Below are positions 36,021-36,249 of a stretch of 36,249 nucleotides of DNA, piece after piece. The stretch's first letter is position 1. Each line of letters opens with the position of its first letter. Origin of the DNA: a virus (Duplodnaviria > Caudoviricetes); the IMG/VR virus record IMGVR_UViG_3300029183_000430, positions 1 to 36,249 of that record. One strand, given 5' to 3'. The notes beneath the pieces are model-generated. The model worked only from the letters and a program-made list of their open reading frames with translations, did not search any database and was not told where the DNA came from. A program made the translations under genes and the position numbers.

Positions 36021-36058
36021 CGAAAACGCTTGACTTAAATCCATCACTTTCGTATGCT
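36020..36058 (+). promoter_or_regulatory. Promoter of the TraG_N-like gene with variant operator GCGAAAACGC
   Basis: Operator 36020-36029, TTGACT 36030-36035, 17-bp spacer, TATGCT 36053-36058, RBS 36066-36072. Confidence 0.75.
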
Positions 36059-36077
36059 TATACGCAAGGAGAGCGCC

Positions 36078-36249
36078 TTGTTTGTTAACACAGCATATGA
36101 AGCATTTTACATCAGTATGGGCCTTCGTCTGCATGAAGGTATCGTCAGCATACTAACTCACCAAACTATCGTGATGGCGATTGTGCTCATGATATTTGCT
36201 GTCATGTTATTCCGCACCACTGTCCAATACTTCTCGCGCTACATGGCCG
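36078..36249 (+). CDS. 5' part of the TraG_N-like gene (MFVNTAYEAFYISMGLRLHEGIVSILTHQTIVMAIVL...), continues at the window start
   Basis: TTG at 36078 preceded by AAGGAGA (36066-36072). Open and in frame with ORF 5..1390 through the terminal repeat. Confidence 0.8.
   Translation, partial: MFVNTAYEAFYISMGLRLHEGIVSILTHQTIVMAIVLMIFAVMLFRTTVQYFSRYMA
36167..36249. repeat. Terminal direct repeat, right copy
   Basis: Same sequence as 1-83 with one mismatch. Confidence 0.97.

Noticed and set aside
1-36249. tRNA genes, CRISPR array, integrase, DGR reverse transcriptase, recoded stop codons
   Set aside because: No cloverleaf, spaced repeat array, recombinase or RT motifs seen. Genes tile densely under the standard code using all three stop codons.

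Overview
The window is an apparently complete circular genome of a tailed dsDNA phage. It is 36,166 bp once the terminal duplication is removed (1-83 vs 36167-36249, one mismatch). The virion module is podovirus-like (BPP-1/T7-like layout): TerS, TerL, portal, scaffold, major capsid, decoration, tail tubular A/B, ejection proteins and tail fibre. A lysis region follows (M15 peptidase endolysin, holin/spanin candidates), then an early region of about 25 small ORFs (ERF recombinase, PD-(D/E)xK nuclease, HTH proteins). I recognise no integrase, DNA/RNA polymerase, helicase or primase. Unusual content: (i) a full-length TraG_N-like conjugation membrane protein spanning the contig join, with no other tra genes; (ii) a GCG-N4-CGC operator at four sigma70-type promoters, including the TraG-like gene's, with a lone reverse-strand DUF433 gene as candidate repressor; (iii) a strongly folded 0.5-kb non-coding region before the capsid gene, with a three-way junction, complementary loops and a competing terminator helix; (iv) signal-peptide/lipoprotein genes in the tail module; (v) a stand-alone membrane sensor domain in the lysis cassette; (vi) an orphan IS3 OrfA; (vii) a slippery-site-split small membrane gene. 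All family calls come from motif recognition by eye, not database searches.
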